Of a stretch of 64,000 nt of DNA, positions 9,857-19,133 are shown in pieces. A program made the translations under genes and the position numbers. Below the pieces are notes generated by a model that was given only the letters and a program-made list of their open reading frames with translations, searched no databases and was not told the DNA's origin. Source of the DNA: an uncultured Mycoplasmatota bacterium (GTDB lineage Bacteria; Bacillota_I; Bacilli_A; Izemoplasmatales; Izemoplasmataceae); the NCBI GenBank assembly GCA_913062645.1, contig CAJXVW010000002.1, positions 301,433 through 365,432 on the forward strand, read 5' to 3'. Position 1 is the first letter of the stretch. Each line of letters opens with the position of its first letter.

Positions 9857-10862
9857 TGTCCTAGACCTTTTTGCAGGTGCTGGTGGTTTTTCTGCCGGTT
9901 TTAAACAGGCAGGCTACAATATCTTGGCCGCAAATGAGATTGACTCCATGATTGCAGAAACGTATAAACGAAATCATCCGAACACACTCACATATGTTAG
10001 CGATATCAAGATCTTCAAAGACAAGCTAGATTCTTTGCCTGAGAACATTGATGTTATTATTGGTGGACCACCCTGCCAAGGGTTTAGTATGGCTGGCGCC
10101 AGGAATAGAGAAAACAAACATGAAAAATTCATTAATGATGAGCGGAACCTGTTATTCCGCGAATATATCGAGATAGTTAAAAAATTAAAACCAAAAGCTT
10201 TCATTATGGAAAACGTAGAAGGTCTTGTTACCATGGATAAGGGATCCGTAATTAGTGAGATTGTTGAACTCTTAGGTGATAACAAATACGTTGGTCAAAA
10301 GTATAAAATCGAGTACAAGATTATCAATATGTCAGATTATGGAATCCCCCAAATCAGGAAACGTGTTATTATAGTTGGATATCGTAGCGAATCTGAACAT
10401 ATGAGCTTTTTTGATATTCTTAAGAATAAACGCGAAGGATTGGTTACTGTTAAGGACGCAATCTATGACTTAATGGGCTTAGAGAATACCATTCCAAACC
10501 ATACACCGACAAAACATTCTCCAGTTGCCATCAGCAGGATGAAACGAATCCTACCTGGAGAAAACTATGCTGTCTTAGGAGACACAAACATCAAATCTAT
10601 ACATAGTGGATCCTATGGTCGCATGGTGTGGAATAACCCTTCTAAAACTATTACAACACGCTTCGATACGCCTTCTGGTGGCGAATACATTCATCCCAAG
10701 GAACATCGCACGATCACGCCAAGAGAGGCTGCCAGAATTCAAACCTTTGATGACAACTATACTTTCTATGGAAACAAGAGTTCAATAATCCGTCAGATCG
10801 GTAATGCTGTGCCACCTAAAATGGCATACAAAATTGCCGTTTCGTTAAAAGAAATCTTATAG
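9846..10862 (+). CDS. DNA (cytosine-5)-methyltransferase
   Basis: Motifs LDLFAGAGGFSAGF (I), GGPPCQGFS (IV), ENVEGL (VI) and QIGNAVPP (X). Start taken at ATG 9846 (MKLNVLDLF), overlapping the upstream stop. Confidence 0.9.
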   Translation: MKLNVLDLFAGAGGFSAGFKQAGYNILAANEIDSMIAETYKRNHPNTLTYVSDIKIFKDKLDSLPENIDVIIGGPPCQGFSMAGARNRENKHEKFINDERNLLFREYIEIVKKLKPKAFIMENVEGLVTMDKGSVISEIVELLGDNKYVGQKYKIEYKIINMSDYGIPQIRKRVIIVGYRSESEHMSFFDILKNKREGLVTVKDAIYDLMGLENTIPNHTPTKHSPVAISRMKRILPGENYAVLGDTNIKSIHSGSYGRMVWNNPSKTITTRFDTPSGGEYIHPKEHRTITPREAARIQTFDDNYTFYGNKSSIIRQIGNAVPPKMAYKIAVSLKEIL

Positions 10863-10873
10863 GGGGGAAATTT

Positions 10874-12025
10874 ATGAAACTATTTAGTCAACTTCTTAGT
10901 GAAATCCGCACTGGTGCCAGAGCGTTTTGGTGGGTACCAAAACACACACCAGACCTAAAAGAACAGCTTACCCGGTGTGAATTGCTAGACGACTTTCATA
11001 GAACGAACCAAAAAGGATCTTTTCGTGATTACTATGGAAAACATTTCCCAATCGAAACATACAGAAAGTTGGACATTTCACGCTACCTAGGGTTAATAAC
11101 CAATCACACTAGCTATGATGACTGTAGAGTAACCAAAAAATATAGAGACATCATGAAACATCATAATGGTAATATTGATTTAATTGTTAAACACCCCGAG
11201 TTGACTGATCACTTATTCGAACAGCTCTCCGTCAAAGGTCTAAATCAGCCCTACCAAAACCCATATAACATTGTATTCAACTATATTGAAAATAGCCCTA
11301 GCCAGTATGTCACACGGGCTGAGTTCATGCTGGTTGTTTGCTCAACATGGACCGAACAACAGTACATAGATGGCTTGAAGATAATTCAATATATTCGATC
11401 CAATAATGTTCGTTTAGAAGCTCTACCTGAATATGCTTCGACAAGTGAAATAAGAATTCACAAGTATCTTGAACAACACTCAATATTCTCATTCGGTACC
11501 AGCAAGTTTGAATTTTCCAAAAAATATAAGCCAATCGATCTCATCGAACAACTCGAGGACACAAAAGAACAAGTTAGAATCCAAAAAAGCAAACATTATT
11601 CTACACAATCAGATATCAAAAAATCAAACAACAGAAAACCAAATAAGAAATCCTCAAAAACTGGTAGTTCCTCATACACCACGGATGCAAGACTTGGGAA
11701 GACTGCATTGCAAAATGCAAATTTCACTTGTGAATATGCATCACTTACCAAACAAACACATCCAACGTTTGATACAAAAGCCGGCAAGCGGTATGTTGAG
11801 GCACATCATTTAATACCAATGTCTGCACAAGATACATATCTACCAGACAACATTGATAGAACCGAGAATATAGTTGCATTGTGTCCGATTTGTCACCGTG
11901 CAGTCCATTATGGTAATAGTTTCGAAAGATATAAGATACTTGATGTTCTATTCAATAATCGGAAACGATTATTACAGAATGCAGGCATTAATATCACTTT
12001 GGGTGATTTATTGAAACATTATTAG
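10874..12025 (+). CDS. HNH-family nuclease, probable restriction endonuclease of the two-methylase R-M operon
   Basis: C-terminal HNH motif: VEAHHLIPMS ... NIVALCPICHRAVHYG. It starts 11 nt after the C5-MTase stop, with GGGGGG SD. Confidence 0.65.
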   Translation: MKLFSQLLSEIRTGARAFWWVPKHTPDLKEQLTRCELLDDFHRTNQKGSFRDYYGKHFPIETYRKLDISRYLGLITNHTSYDDCRVTKKYRDIMKHHNGNIDLIVKHPELTDHLFEQLSVKGLNQPYQNPYNIVFNYIENSPSQYVTRAEFMLVVCSTWTEQQYIDGLKIIQYIRSNNVRLEALPEYASTSEIRIHKYLEQHSIFSFGTSKFEFSKKYKPIDLIEQLEDTKEQVRIQKSKHYSTQSDIKKSNNRKPNKKSSKTGSSSYTTDARLGKTALQNANFTCEYASLTKQTHPTFDTKAGKRYVEAHHLIPMSAQDTYLPDNIDRTENIVALCPICHRAVHYGNSFERYKILDVLFNNRKRLLQNAGINITLGDLLKHY

Positions 12026-12046
12026 CAGACAATAGTCTGCTTTTTA
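12024..12046 (+). terminator. Rho-independent terminator closing the R-M operon
   Basis: AGCAGAC-aata-GTCTGCT hairpin followed by TTTTATT, overlapping the stop codon at 12023-12025. Confidence 0.6.
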
Positions 12047-12074
12047 TTATATTTCATGTTTTTCAATCACAATA

Positions 12075-12103
12075 TTGACTATATATTGAACATGTAGTAT
12101 ATT
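12075..12103 (+). promoter_or_regulatory. Sigma-A-type promoter of GHKL cassette 1
   Basis: TTGACT, 17-nt spacer, TATATT, about 20 nt upstream of ATG 12124. Confidence 0.5.
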
Positions 12104-12123
12104 ATTATTGTGGAGATGATAAA

Positions 12124-12339
12124 ATGGAAACTAAAAAAGATAAATTTATTCGACTGGCAGAGAAACGAGTCAATAATCTATTGAAACAGATGGAGCTTGT
12201 TGGCAATCTGGCAAACAAGAGAAACTACGATTATTCCGACAAAGAAGCTAGGGCAATATTAACTGCGATAAAGAAAGCATACCAAAATTTGGAAGTTCAA
12301 TTTGATAGTGCCAAGAATAAGAAGTTTAAGTTGAAATAG
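12124..12339 (+). CDS. Small basic protein, copy 1 of a duplicated ~72-aa family (unknown function)
   Basis: 71 aa. In my hand alignment, 35 of 71 positions are identical to ORF 22657..22878 (DKFI-LAEKRVNN-KQ-LVGNL-N ... KFKLK). Confidence 0.6.
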   Translation: METKKDKFIRLAEKRVNNLLKQMELVGNLANKRNYDYSDKEARAILTAIKKAYQNLEVQFDSAKNKKFKLK

Positions 12340-12359
12340 GGCTAGGGAGGGTCGTATGT

Positions 12360-14690
12360 ATGAATTATGCAAACTATGTTATGGAAGAAAAATTAGTTGC
12401 TCAACCAAACAATCCGGATAAGCAGATCGACAATCACAGAAAGATGTATGAATCACAATGTGACTATGGCTGGATACATGCTTTTCAAAAGGATGCGATT
12501 CAGAATAGTATGGGAGCCCGGGTCCAAAGGGATTATACCGGCTTTTCTGTTGAGATCTTTATCGAAGAAACTAACCAAGGTACCTTTGTCATTGTTGAAG
12601 ACCATGGAACTCACGGGTTAACCGGTCCGAACTTGGATAGAGAAGAGATTGAGAAATTACAGAAATCAGGAGATTTAAAATCCAACCTGCGTCTTGCTAG
12701 GTTTTCTTCGTCAAATAACTCTGGAGACATTGACTTGGGGGGAGGGTTGTTCGGGATCGGAAAAAGCGTTTATGCAATGGCATCCACTACCAAGACTTAC
12801 TTCTTCGATAGTCTTTGTGATGATGGTTATAGAGCTAATATTTTTCGTGCAGGATACTTGTATGGCAGAGCCGAAGAAGGTGTTCAAGCACAAGAGTTCA
12901 TCAAAAATAACACTGGATTGGACATTCTTGAGTCTTCAGGAACAAGAATTGTTATTTGTGAACCAGATCCAGATCTCCTTACAGCTATTGAAGACGGTAC
13001 ACTTATCCGATATGTCGAAGAAACATGGTGGCGTGCAATCGTAATGTTTCCAAATTCTGCTCATATTATCATTAATAGTATTGAAGCAAATAAACCGAAA
13101 GCTCTCAATAATAACAATATAATTCAAATGGATCAACTTGAAAAACCATACCGTCTAGATTCATACACAGTAAAACGAATCGGGCTATTTATTGTTAGGC
13201 AATGTGAAGTTGATGAGAGTGGATTCTACTTCTACAGACGCGGTATGCGTATTGGTAAGATTAATATTCAAAGTGTACCTAAGAAGTTAAATAATGATTT
13301 CATTGGCTATATTGAAATTGATGAAACCTGGGAATCCGAACTCTCAAATATTGAAGGAACAGCTCATTATGATGTTACTCATGGAGGTAAACATACAAAA
13401 GTATATAGTGTTCTTAGAAATGCTGTGAATGAGTACTTTACTGATATGATGGAGCAATGGGGTTACTCCTCTACGGAAAATTACGAAGATAAGAAGTTAA
13501 ACAGACAGATACATGAGATAAAGGCCAGGCTTGAAGATTTATTCGATAATCTGGGATATGATGATCTTGGCAAAGGAACAAGAAAGAAAAAACTTCATAT
13601 TCGATGGAAAAAAATCCTATACCCTGAAAAAGATACGAAGTCCGTTTATGAAAATGGCCATATTCACCTGGAGTTTGAGCTCACAAACGAGTATAAATCA
13701 CACAATAAGATAATCTTATCATCTTCCATTATTAACTACTTCCAGCAAGAAACACTGAATAGCAGAGAAACAATCTCACTGGAACCAAATCAAGTGTTTT
13801 CGGGATCAATTGACTTTGATCTGACAGACAGTAATTCAACCAAATATGAGAAGAATCGAATACAGGTTGTTGTCACACCCACTCGCGGTGATAAGATTAT
13901 TAAAAAGTTTGATTACTTCTATTTCGCGGATACACCAGAAGTTACGAAACGCGATTTCAACTTATCTCTACACGACATCCTGCTGCCGCGAAAGACTTCA
14001 AAAAGGGTAAACACTGGTGAATCAATCGAAAATGTTGTCTACACAATATCGAATAACACTTCATCTCCTGTCTCTCTTATGTTGAGTGTATCAACACATA
14101 ACATGGAAATGAATGGTAATGAAATTGAAGGCATAATGAGACAGACGCTCAAATTAGAACCAGGTGAAGATAAGAATATTGAAACTGGTCCAATTTTGTT
14201 GGAGCGCGACGTATACGAAAATCATCTAACAAAAGGGATAGTCCAGTTGAGAGCCCGGCTGATTGCAAATTCAACCATTGGATCCATTCAAAAAGGCGAT
14301 CGTTTAGCAACATATAAATATCAAATTTACTTCAATCGCAATGAGAAGAAAGGTATTCAAGATACTTTCGAGCCCTATCCACTGAAACAACCCGAAGATC
14401 CAAGAAGATCTTGGACTGGTGGAGCAGGGGAAAATCGAATGATATATCTGAATGTATCACATCCTGCGTATAGTTTGTCAAAAGATAACGGTACGACTGA
14501 AAGTTATATTTTTGAACAAATGCTAATTCAATTTGTAAATTTGTACATAAGAGAGGGGAATTACTCAGTGTTAGAAACGGATAAAGATGAGTTTTTAAAC
14601 CGTGATCCATACCAACAATACGAACTGATTCTGAAAAGTATTGACACCCTACTATTTAGGTCCCTTGGGGGCAATCATGCCAGTAATTAG
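12360..14690 (+). CDS. GHKL (Bergerat-fold) ATPase-like protein, 776 aa
   Basis: N-terminal motifs: KDAIQNSMGA (N-box-like), VEDHGTHGLTG (G1, DxGxG-like) and GGGLFGIGKSVY (G2). The remaining ~550 aa are unrecognised. GGAGGG SD. Confidence 0.5.
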   Translation: MNYANYVMEEKLVAQPNNPDKQIDNHRKMYESQCDYGWIHAFQKDAIQNSMGARVQRDYTGFSVEIFIEETNQGTFVIVEDHGTHGLTGPNLDREEIEKLQKSGDLKSNLRLARFSSSNNSGDIDLGGGLFGIGKSVYAMASTTKTYFFDSLCDDGYRANIFRAGYLYGRAEEGVQAQEFIKNNTGLDILESSGTRIVICEPDPDLLTAIEDGTLIRYVEETWWRAIVMFPNSAHIIINSIEANKPKALNNNNIIQMDQLEKPYRLDSYTVKRIGLFIVRQCEVDESGFYFYRRGMRIGKINIQSVPKKLNNDFIGYIEIDETWESELSNIEGTAHYDVTHGGKHTKVYSVLRNAVNEYFTDMMEQWGYSSTENYEDKKLNRQIHEIKARLEDLFDNLGYDDLGKGTRKKKLHIRWKKILYPEKDTKSVYENGHIHLEFELTNEYKSHNKIILSSSIINYFQQETLNSRETISLEPNQVFSGSIDFDLTDSNSTKYEKNRIQVVVTPTRGDKIIKKFDYFYFADTPEVTKRDFNLSLHDILLPRKTSKRVNTGESIENVVYTISNNTSSPVSLMLSVSTHNMEMNGNEIEGIMRQTLKLEPGEDKNIETGPILLERDVYENHLTKGIVQLRARLIANSTIGSIQKGDRLATYKYQIYFNRNEKKGIQDTFEPYPLKQPEDPRRSWTGGAGENRMIYLNVSHPAYSLSKDNGTTESYIFEQMLIQFVNLYIREGNYSVLETDKDEFLNRDPYQQYELILKSIDTLLFRSLGGNHASN

Positions 14691-15450
14691 AAAAGATAAA
14701 GAAAACTATAAGACCTATCTTGGATTAATGTCAGATGAAGAGATGGAGCACGCTGATGTACTCCTAGAAAAACTAATTAATGAAATCCCTCAAGTCGAAT
14801 CTAGTTTACAAAGAAAATATAACAACTCCCTAGATTATAAGTATTATTTAGGAAAACATTTGCATGATTATATAACCTCAGAAGGAATAAAAGAGAGAGA
14901 GAGATTATACTTCTGGCGTGAAATCGAAGACTTCGCATCAACAAATGATAATCCAAATAGCGAAAGTGATCAAAGGCATTTTTATGAGTATTGTTATACT
15001 ATCTACACTTTTGGATATGATATCGCTCATGCGCTCACCTACAGAGAGTGGAACGACATATTAGCTAGAAAAAAAATCCGACAGGATGAGCGAATATTTA
15101 AGTGGTTCCTGGACAAAAAGACTAATCATGAATCACTAAACTGGCGCTCTCTGCTACCTACCTTAAATAGCTATCTTACAAAAACTGACACGTCTGTTTT
15201 TTCTGATCAAGAACTCTTCGCAATGTATGATAAACTACATCTAATTGCATATTGCTTCGATAATTTTGTTAAAGAGTATGGCGGAAAGAATAAGTCAAAC
15301 TTGACACCGGCAAGAAGAAAGCATTTCTCCAAATACAAGAAAAAATATATTTCCGAAGCCTTACAATCACTGAGAGAGAACCGACTAGACGAAAAGTATT
15401 TAGAGAAAATATTTTCAAAAATCTTTCTAACAAATATGAAATCAAGCTAA
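14677..15450 (+). CDS. Hypothetical protein, third gene of GHKL cassette 1
   Basis: ATG 14677 overlaps the GHKL stop by 14 nt. The ORF is 257 aa and I recognise no motifs. Confidence 0.45.
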   Translation: MPVIRKDKENYKTYLGLMSDEEMEHADVLLEKLINEIPQVESSLQRKYNNSLDYKYYLGKHLHDYITSEGIKERERLYFWREIEDFASTNDNPNSESDQRHFYEYCYTIYTFGYDIAHALTYREWNDILARKKIRQDERIFKWFLDKKTNHESLNWRSLLPTLNSYLTKTDTSVFSDQELFAMYDKLHLIAYCFDNFVKEYGGKNKSNLTPARRKHFSKYKKKYISEALQSLRENRLDEKYLEKIFSKIFLTNMKSS

Positions 15451-15502
15451 TAGACACTAGATATGCTGACGACTATGAGTTTATTATCCGGAGGTTTGTT
15501 GT

Positions 15503-16492
15503 ATGCCCTTCAACGTCATCCGTAACGACATCACCAAAATGCAGGTCGATGCCATCGTCAATTCCGCCCACCCCGAACCCGCCATTGGCGGCGGGGTGGA
15601 TTTCGCCATACACGAAGCTGGTGGTCCGGAGCTGGTGCAAGCCAGGATCGCCCTTGGTGACATTTTTGTCAGTGACATAAAAGTCACCAGGGGATACAAT
15701 CTTCCTAGCAAGTATGTGATTCATACTGTCGGACCGAGATGGGAATCCACGAACAAGAAGAAAGAAGATGAGTTGTATCGGTGTTATTACAACTCACTAA
15801 TGGAAGCAAGCAAGCTCGGTTGCGAATCGGTCGCACTGCCATTGATTTCCGCGGGAACCTACGGCTTCCCGCGTCATCTGTCGATGTCGATCTGCAACGA
15901 CGCGGTTCGTGATTTCCTCGAAGATCATGAGATCATGATCTATCTCGTCGTCTTCGATCAGGAATCCTACATCATATCCAACGAACTCTACAACACCATT
16001 GAAGAATTGATTCATTCGGATGCCGTCGTTCGTCAGATCGAGCGCGAAGTCGCCTATGGCGCACGGCGCCGGAAAGAACGATTGGAACGTCCGGTTCGCT
16101 TACGCACACAAAAGGTCATGCATGAAAGTGTCCGCTTCGATCCCAGAGACAACGACAAGTCCTTCCGCGACAAGCTGTTCGAACTGATCGATGACCGTGA
16201 CATGACGGATCCCGAAGTCTACAAGAAGGCGAACCTCACCCGCCAACACTTTTCCAAGATCCGCAGCAACAAGGACTATCATCCATCCAAATCGACGGTA
16301 CTCGCATTGTCCATCGCGTTGGAGCTGGACATCGATGAAACCGAGGACCTCTTATCCAGAGCAGGATACAGTTTGTCTTGGTCGTTGTCATTCGATCGGG
16401 TTGTCCGTATGTTCATAGAAGATGAGGTGTATGATATCTTCCTGATCAATGAAGCATTGTTGGAGTTTGATTTGGAAACAATTGGAATATAA
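15503..16492 (+). CDS. Macro-domain (ADP-ribose binding/hydrolase) protein with C-terminal XRE-like HTH
   Basis: Macro motifs AIVNSAH...GGGVDFAIHEAGG and ALPLISAGTYGFP. The C-terminus has ANLTRQHFSKIRSN...STVLALSIALELD. Composition is host-like rather than island-like. Confidence 0.8.
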   Translation: MPFNVIRNDITKMQVDAIVNSAHPEPAIGGGVDFAIHEAGGPELVQARIALGDIFVSDIKVTRGYNLPSKYVIHTVGPRWESTNKKKEDELYRCYYNSLMEASKLGCESVALPLISAGTYGFPRHLSMSICNDAVRDFLEDHEIMIYLVVFDQESYIISNELYNTIEELIHSDAVVRQIEREVAYGARRRKERLERPVRLRTQKVMHESVRFDPRDNDKSFRDKLFELIDDRDMTDPEVYKKANLTRQHFSKIRSNKDYHPSKSTVLALSIALELDIDETEDLLSRAGYSLSWSLSFDRVVRMFIEDEVYDIFLINEALLEFDLETIGI

Positions 16493-16496
16493 AGAA

Positions 16497-16520
16497 TAGG
16501 CAGCCTATATGGGCTGCCTA
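16497..16520. terminator. Hairpin between convergent genes
   Basis: TAGGCAGCC-tatatg-GGCTGCCTA, a 9-bp stem with weak U tracts. Confidence 0.4.
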
Positions 16521-16544
16521 TAATTATGTATAGACTCCTAAATA

Positions 16545-18080
16545 TCAAGCTTCATTATCACCTGCAGATAGTTGTGGTCTCTGAAAACTCTCAAACGTTG
16601 TGCTAATACTCTTCAGATGGTTGTCTATACGATCAATGATTACTTTATCAATCTTGCTTTTCACTTCTTCCAAACTTTCATCTTCTTTGTAAGTAATGAT
16701 GTTGGTAATCTTTATAGTTGTCCATTTTTTGGATGATTTGGTTTTTTGTTTTTCTTTTTGGTTATAATACTCAATCAGTTCATCTCTCTCGTAACCATCG
16801 GATGGACCAATAACGGTTGATAACTTCACATCTTTTTCTCTTATCTGTAGTTCATGAAGGAGGATTGAACCATCTTTCACCCAACCGTGTGATACATTCG
16901 GATACATACGATTGATTGATCGTAGTGTGTCATCCGTGAAGCGAACGATTCTCTTGACACAATGGTTTAACTCAATGTCGTTGAAGTCTGATAATTTTTC
17001 TTTTAGGTATTCAGATATTTCATAGATCATATCAGGTTTGTACTCATATATTAAGTCCAACGCCTTTTTGTGTTTATAGTATATCCTTCTGCATAGTTTC
17101 ATTAAATCTTCATCGGTCATAATATGTCTCCTTAAGATGTCTCGATAGTCTTTTAAAAAAGAAGAAACGGAATCGCTTGACTTTTGAATTACTCTATCTA
17201 CTTGTTCGATGATTCCATCATATGAGTAAGTACCCCAGGTATCAGGATCAGATGATTCATCTCCGTCTTTTGTCAAGTAGACGAATAACTGCTTAAAGTT
17301 GGAATACTTCTCTCGAACGATTTCCTTATACTTGTTTAGTTGGTTATGATGCTCGGTGGTATCTACTTTATTTTCAATTACAATTACAAGTTGATTTTCG
17401 CGATCAATTAGTAATATATCGATATTGTCTCTTTCTCTATATACCTCAGTTTGATCGTAGTCCCACAGGAAGATATCTTCCGTATGGATACCTTGCTCGA
17501 GATATAATTTCTTATTTCTAAGATAGACATCTCGAATGAATAATTGTATGAACATATCCCCAAGTTCATGCGACTCGTTCGGATTCAAAAGCCAACTTAA
17601 CACATTGGAATGTCTGATTTCATTTCTTACAATCGATAAGGTCTCGAATAGATTAAATTTAGTAATGTCTTGTAACTGATCAAGATCAGATATATTCTCA
17701 AGAAACTCTGTGACGTAGTTGTATTTCTTAGTGATATCCTCACTAGTAACATCGATTTCCAAAGATGATTCGTAGTCGCCAATTGCTCTACCATCCTCTA
17801 GTTTCCATTCATAGGTGCCAGCGGCCGGTCTACCACCAATCACAGCCGCAGCGGAACTTAAACTGTTAAACAGGTAATCCTCTTTTAGAACAAAAGTATT
17901 GTCAACTATCCCAGAATTTAGCATACGCTCTCTAAGTTTATTATAATGGTGGTTCTTAAAACTCTTTGAAATCGTTTTTTCAAAAATCGCACCTTTTTGT
18001 ACCTTGATATTTCTGTCTTCAGTATCGTAAGTACCCTGCGCAAGTGCGTTCTTCATTGATAAAGTCAGATTGATTTTCAT
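16545..18080 (-). CDS. DUF4357-like N-terminal domain fused to a PD-(D/E)xK nuclease-fold domain
   Basis: N-terminus: FNSLSSAAAVIGGRPAAGTYEWKLEDG (pattern F-SPS-AA-V-G---NG--W as I remember DUF4357). Middle: RHSNVLSWLLNP ... NIDILLIDRENQLVIVIENKV (D...E-x-K). Confidence 0.55.
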   Translation of the reverse strand: MKINLTLSMKNALAQGTYDTEDRNIKVQKGAIFEKTISKSFKNHHYNKLRERMLNSGIVDNTFVLKEDYLFNSLSSAAAVIGGRPAAGTYEWKLEDGRAIGDYESSLEIDVTSEDITKKYNYVTEFLENISDLDQLQDITKFNLFETLSIVRNEIRHSNVLSWLLNPNESHELGDMFIQLFIRDVYLRNKKLYLEQGIHTEDIFLWDYDQTEVYRERDNIDILLIDRENQLVIVIENKVDTTEHHNQLNKYKEIVREKYSNFKQLFVYLTKDGDESSDPDTWGTYSYDGIIEQVDRVIQKSSDSVSSFLKDYRDILRRHIMTDEDLMKLCRRIYYKHKKALDLIYEYKPDMIYEISEYLKEKLSDFNDIELNHCVKRIVRFTDDTLRSINRMYPNVSHGWVKDGSILLHELQIREKDVKLSTVIGPSDGYERDELIEYYNQKEKQKTKSSKKWTTIKITNIITYKEDESLEEVKSKIDKVIIDRIDNHLKSISTTFESFQRPQLSAGDNEA

Positions 18081-18185
18081 TTTGTTCTTACTCCTTTAAA
18101 CGGTCATATACAACGAATTTTGTTGAGCTTCCTTACGATCTCTCACAAAATTTGATGAAAGACTATCCTATATAACACTTATGAT

Positions 18186-19133
18186 TTATAAATAGTTCTT
18201 TGCAGACAAATTATCTAAATCAAAATCAATCGCTTTTTTTACTGACATCAATAGATCAGAAATCTCATTGTTTGAAATACTATCATAAATGCTAATTGCT
18301 GTGTAATAATTAATACTCTTAACATCATCAAGACCTAAAACATTAGTAACAATTGATCTTTTGTGATGATTCGAAAATGCTTTCGATATATAAATGTAGT
18401 CCCTAATGTACTTCTTGAATGCATTGACCCTTTCTTCAAGTTTAAATACTTCTAAATAATAAGGCGACATTTTATTTACTTGTATATGGAACTCATTAGT
18501 TTGAAGCTTAACTTGGTGTATCTTGGGTATAGCCTCTTTTTTGATTTTCAGACTGAACAACTCTGGTGGACAAATCTTATTAATGTCCTCTATCACTAGC
18601 TCTTTGTCATTTTTCAAAATCGAATTACATGTGTAACAGCTACAAACTAGATTCCCGTATGACATAGATAGTATTGGATATTTCGACATAGGGAAAACAT
18701 GGTCGAGAAAACCTGTATAGTGTTTTCTGTTTTTACCCCTAAATATATATCCAATTTGAGTTTGGCAATAATCACAGGTATATGATCCAAGCGAATTAAA
18801 TAAGAATTCAGCAGAAGAACTCTGATCATATTTATTGGCAAACGAGTCTTCAAGAAACTTAGTAATAATCTTCTTATTCTTGGTTTCTTTAGCGATTTTT
18901 CGTATAGTCATGTAATCTGAAAAAAACAAATCATATACCGTATAGTTAGAACTATAGCAATTCTTTATACGTCTTTTGTTGGGCAACTCGTGCAAGTAGA
19001 TATTTTTATATTGGTCTTCAATTGGCAGATCAGTAATTTGCTTCCGTTGGATAATTTCTTCTAGATGCTTCGGAATTCTTGAATTGCTTCGAAGCCCAAG
19101 TATGTATTGTTTGTATAAGTATTTATCTATCAT
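18186..19133 (-). CDS. HNH endonuclease, Septu PtuB-like
   Basis: CDYCQ ... LDHVFPMS ... NLVCSCYTCNSILKND matches the TIGR02646-like C-x2-C / DH / N / C-x2-C-N layout. The start overlaps the stop of the upstream ATPase gene. Confidence 0.5.
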   Translation of the reverse strand: MIDKYLYKQYILGLRSNSRIPKHLEEIIQRKQITDLPIEDQYKNIYLHELPNKRRIKNCYSSNYTVYDLFFSDYMTIRKIAKETKNKKIITKFLEDSFANKYDQSSSAEFLFNSLGSYTCDYCQTQIGYIFRGKNRKHYTGFLDHVFPMSKYPILSMSYGNLVCSCYTCNSILKNDKELVIEDINKICPPELFSLKIKKEAIPKIHQVKLQTNEFHIQVNKMSPYYLEVFKLEERVNAFKKYIRDYIYISKAFSNHHKRSIVTNVLGLDDVKSINYYTAISIYDSISNNEISDLLMSVKKAIDFDLDNLSAKNYL

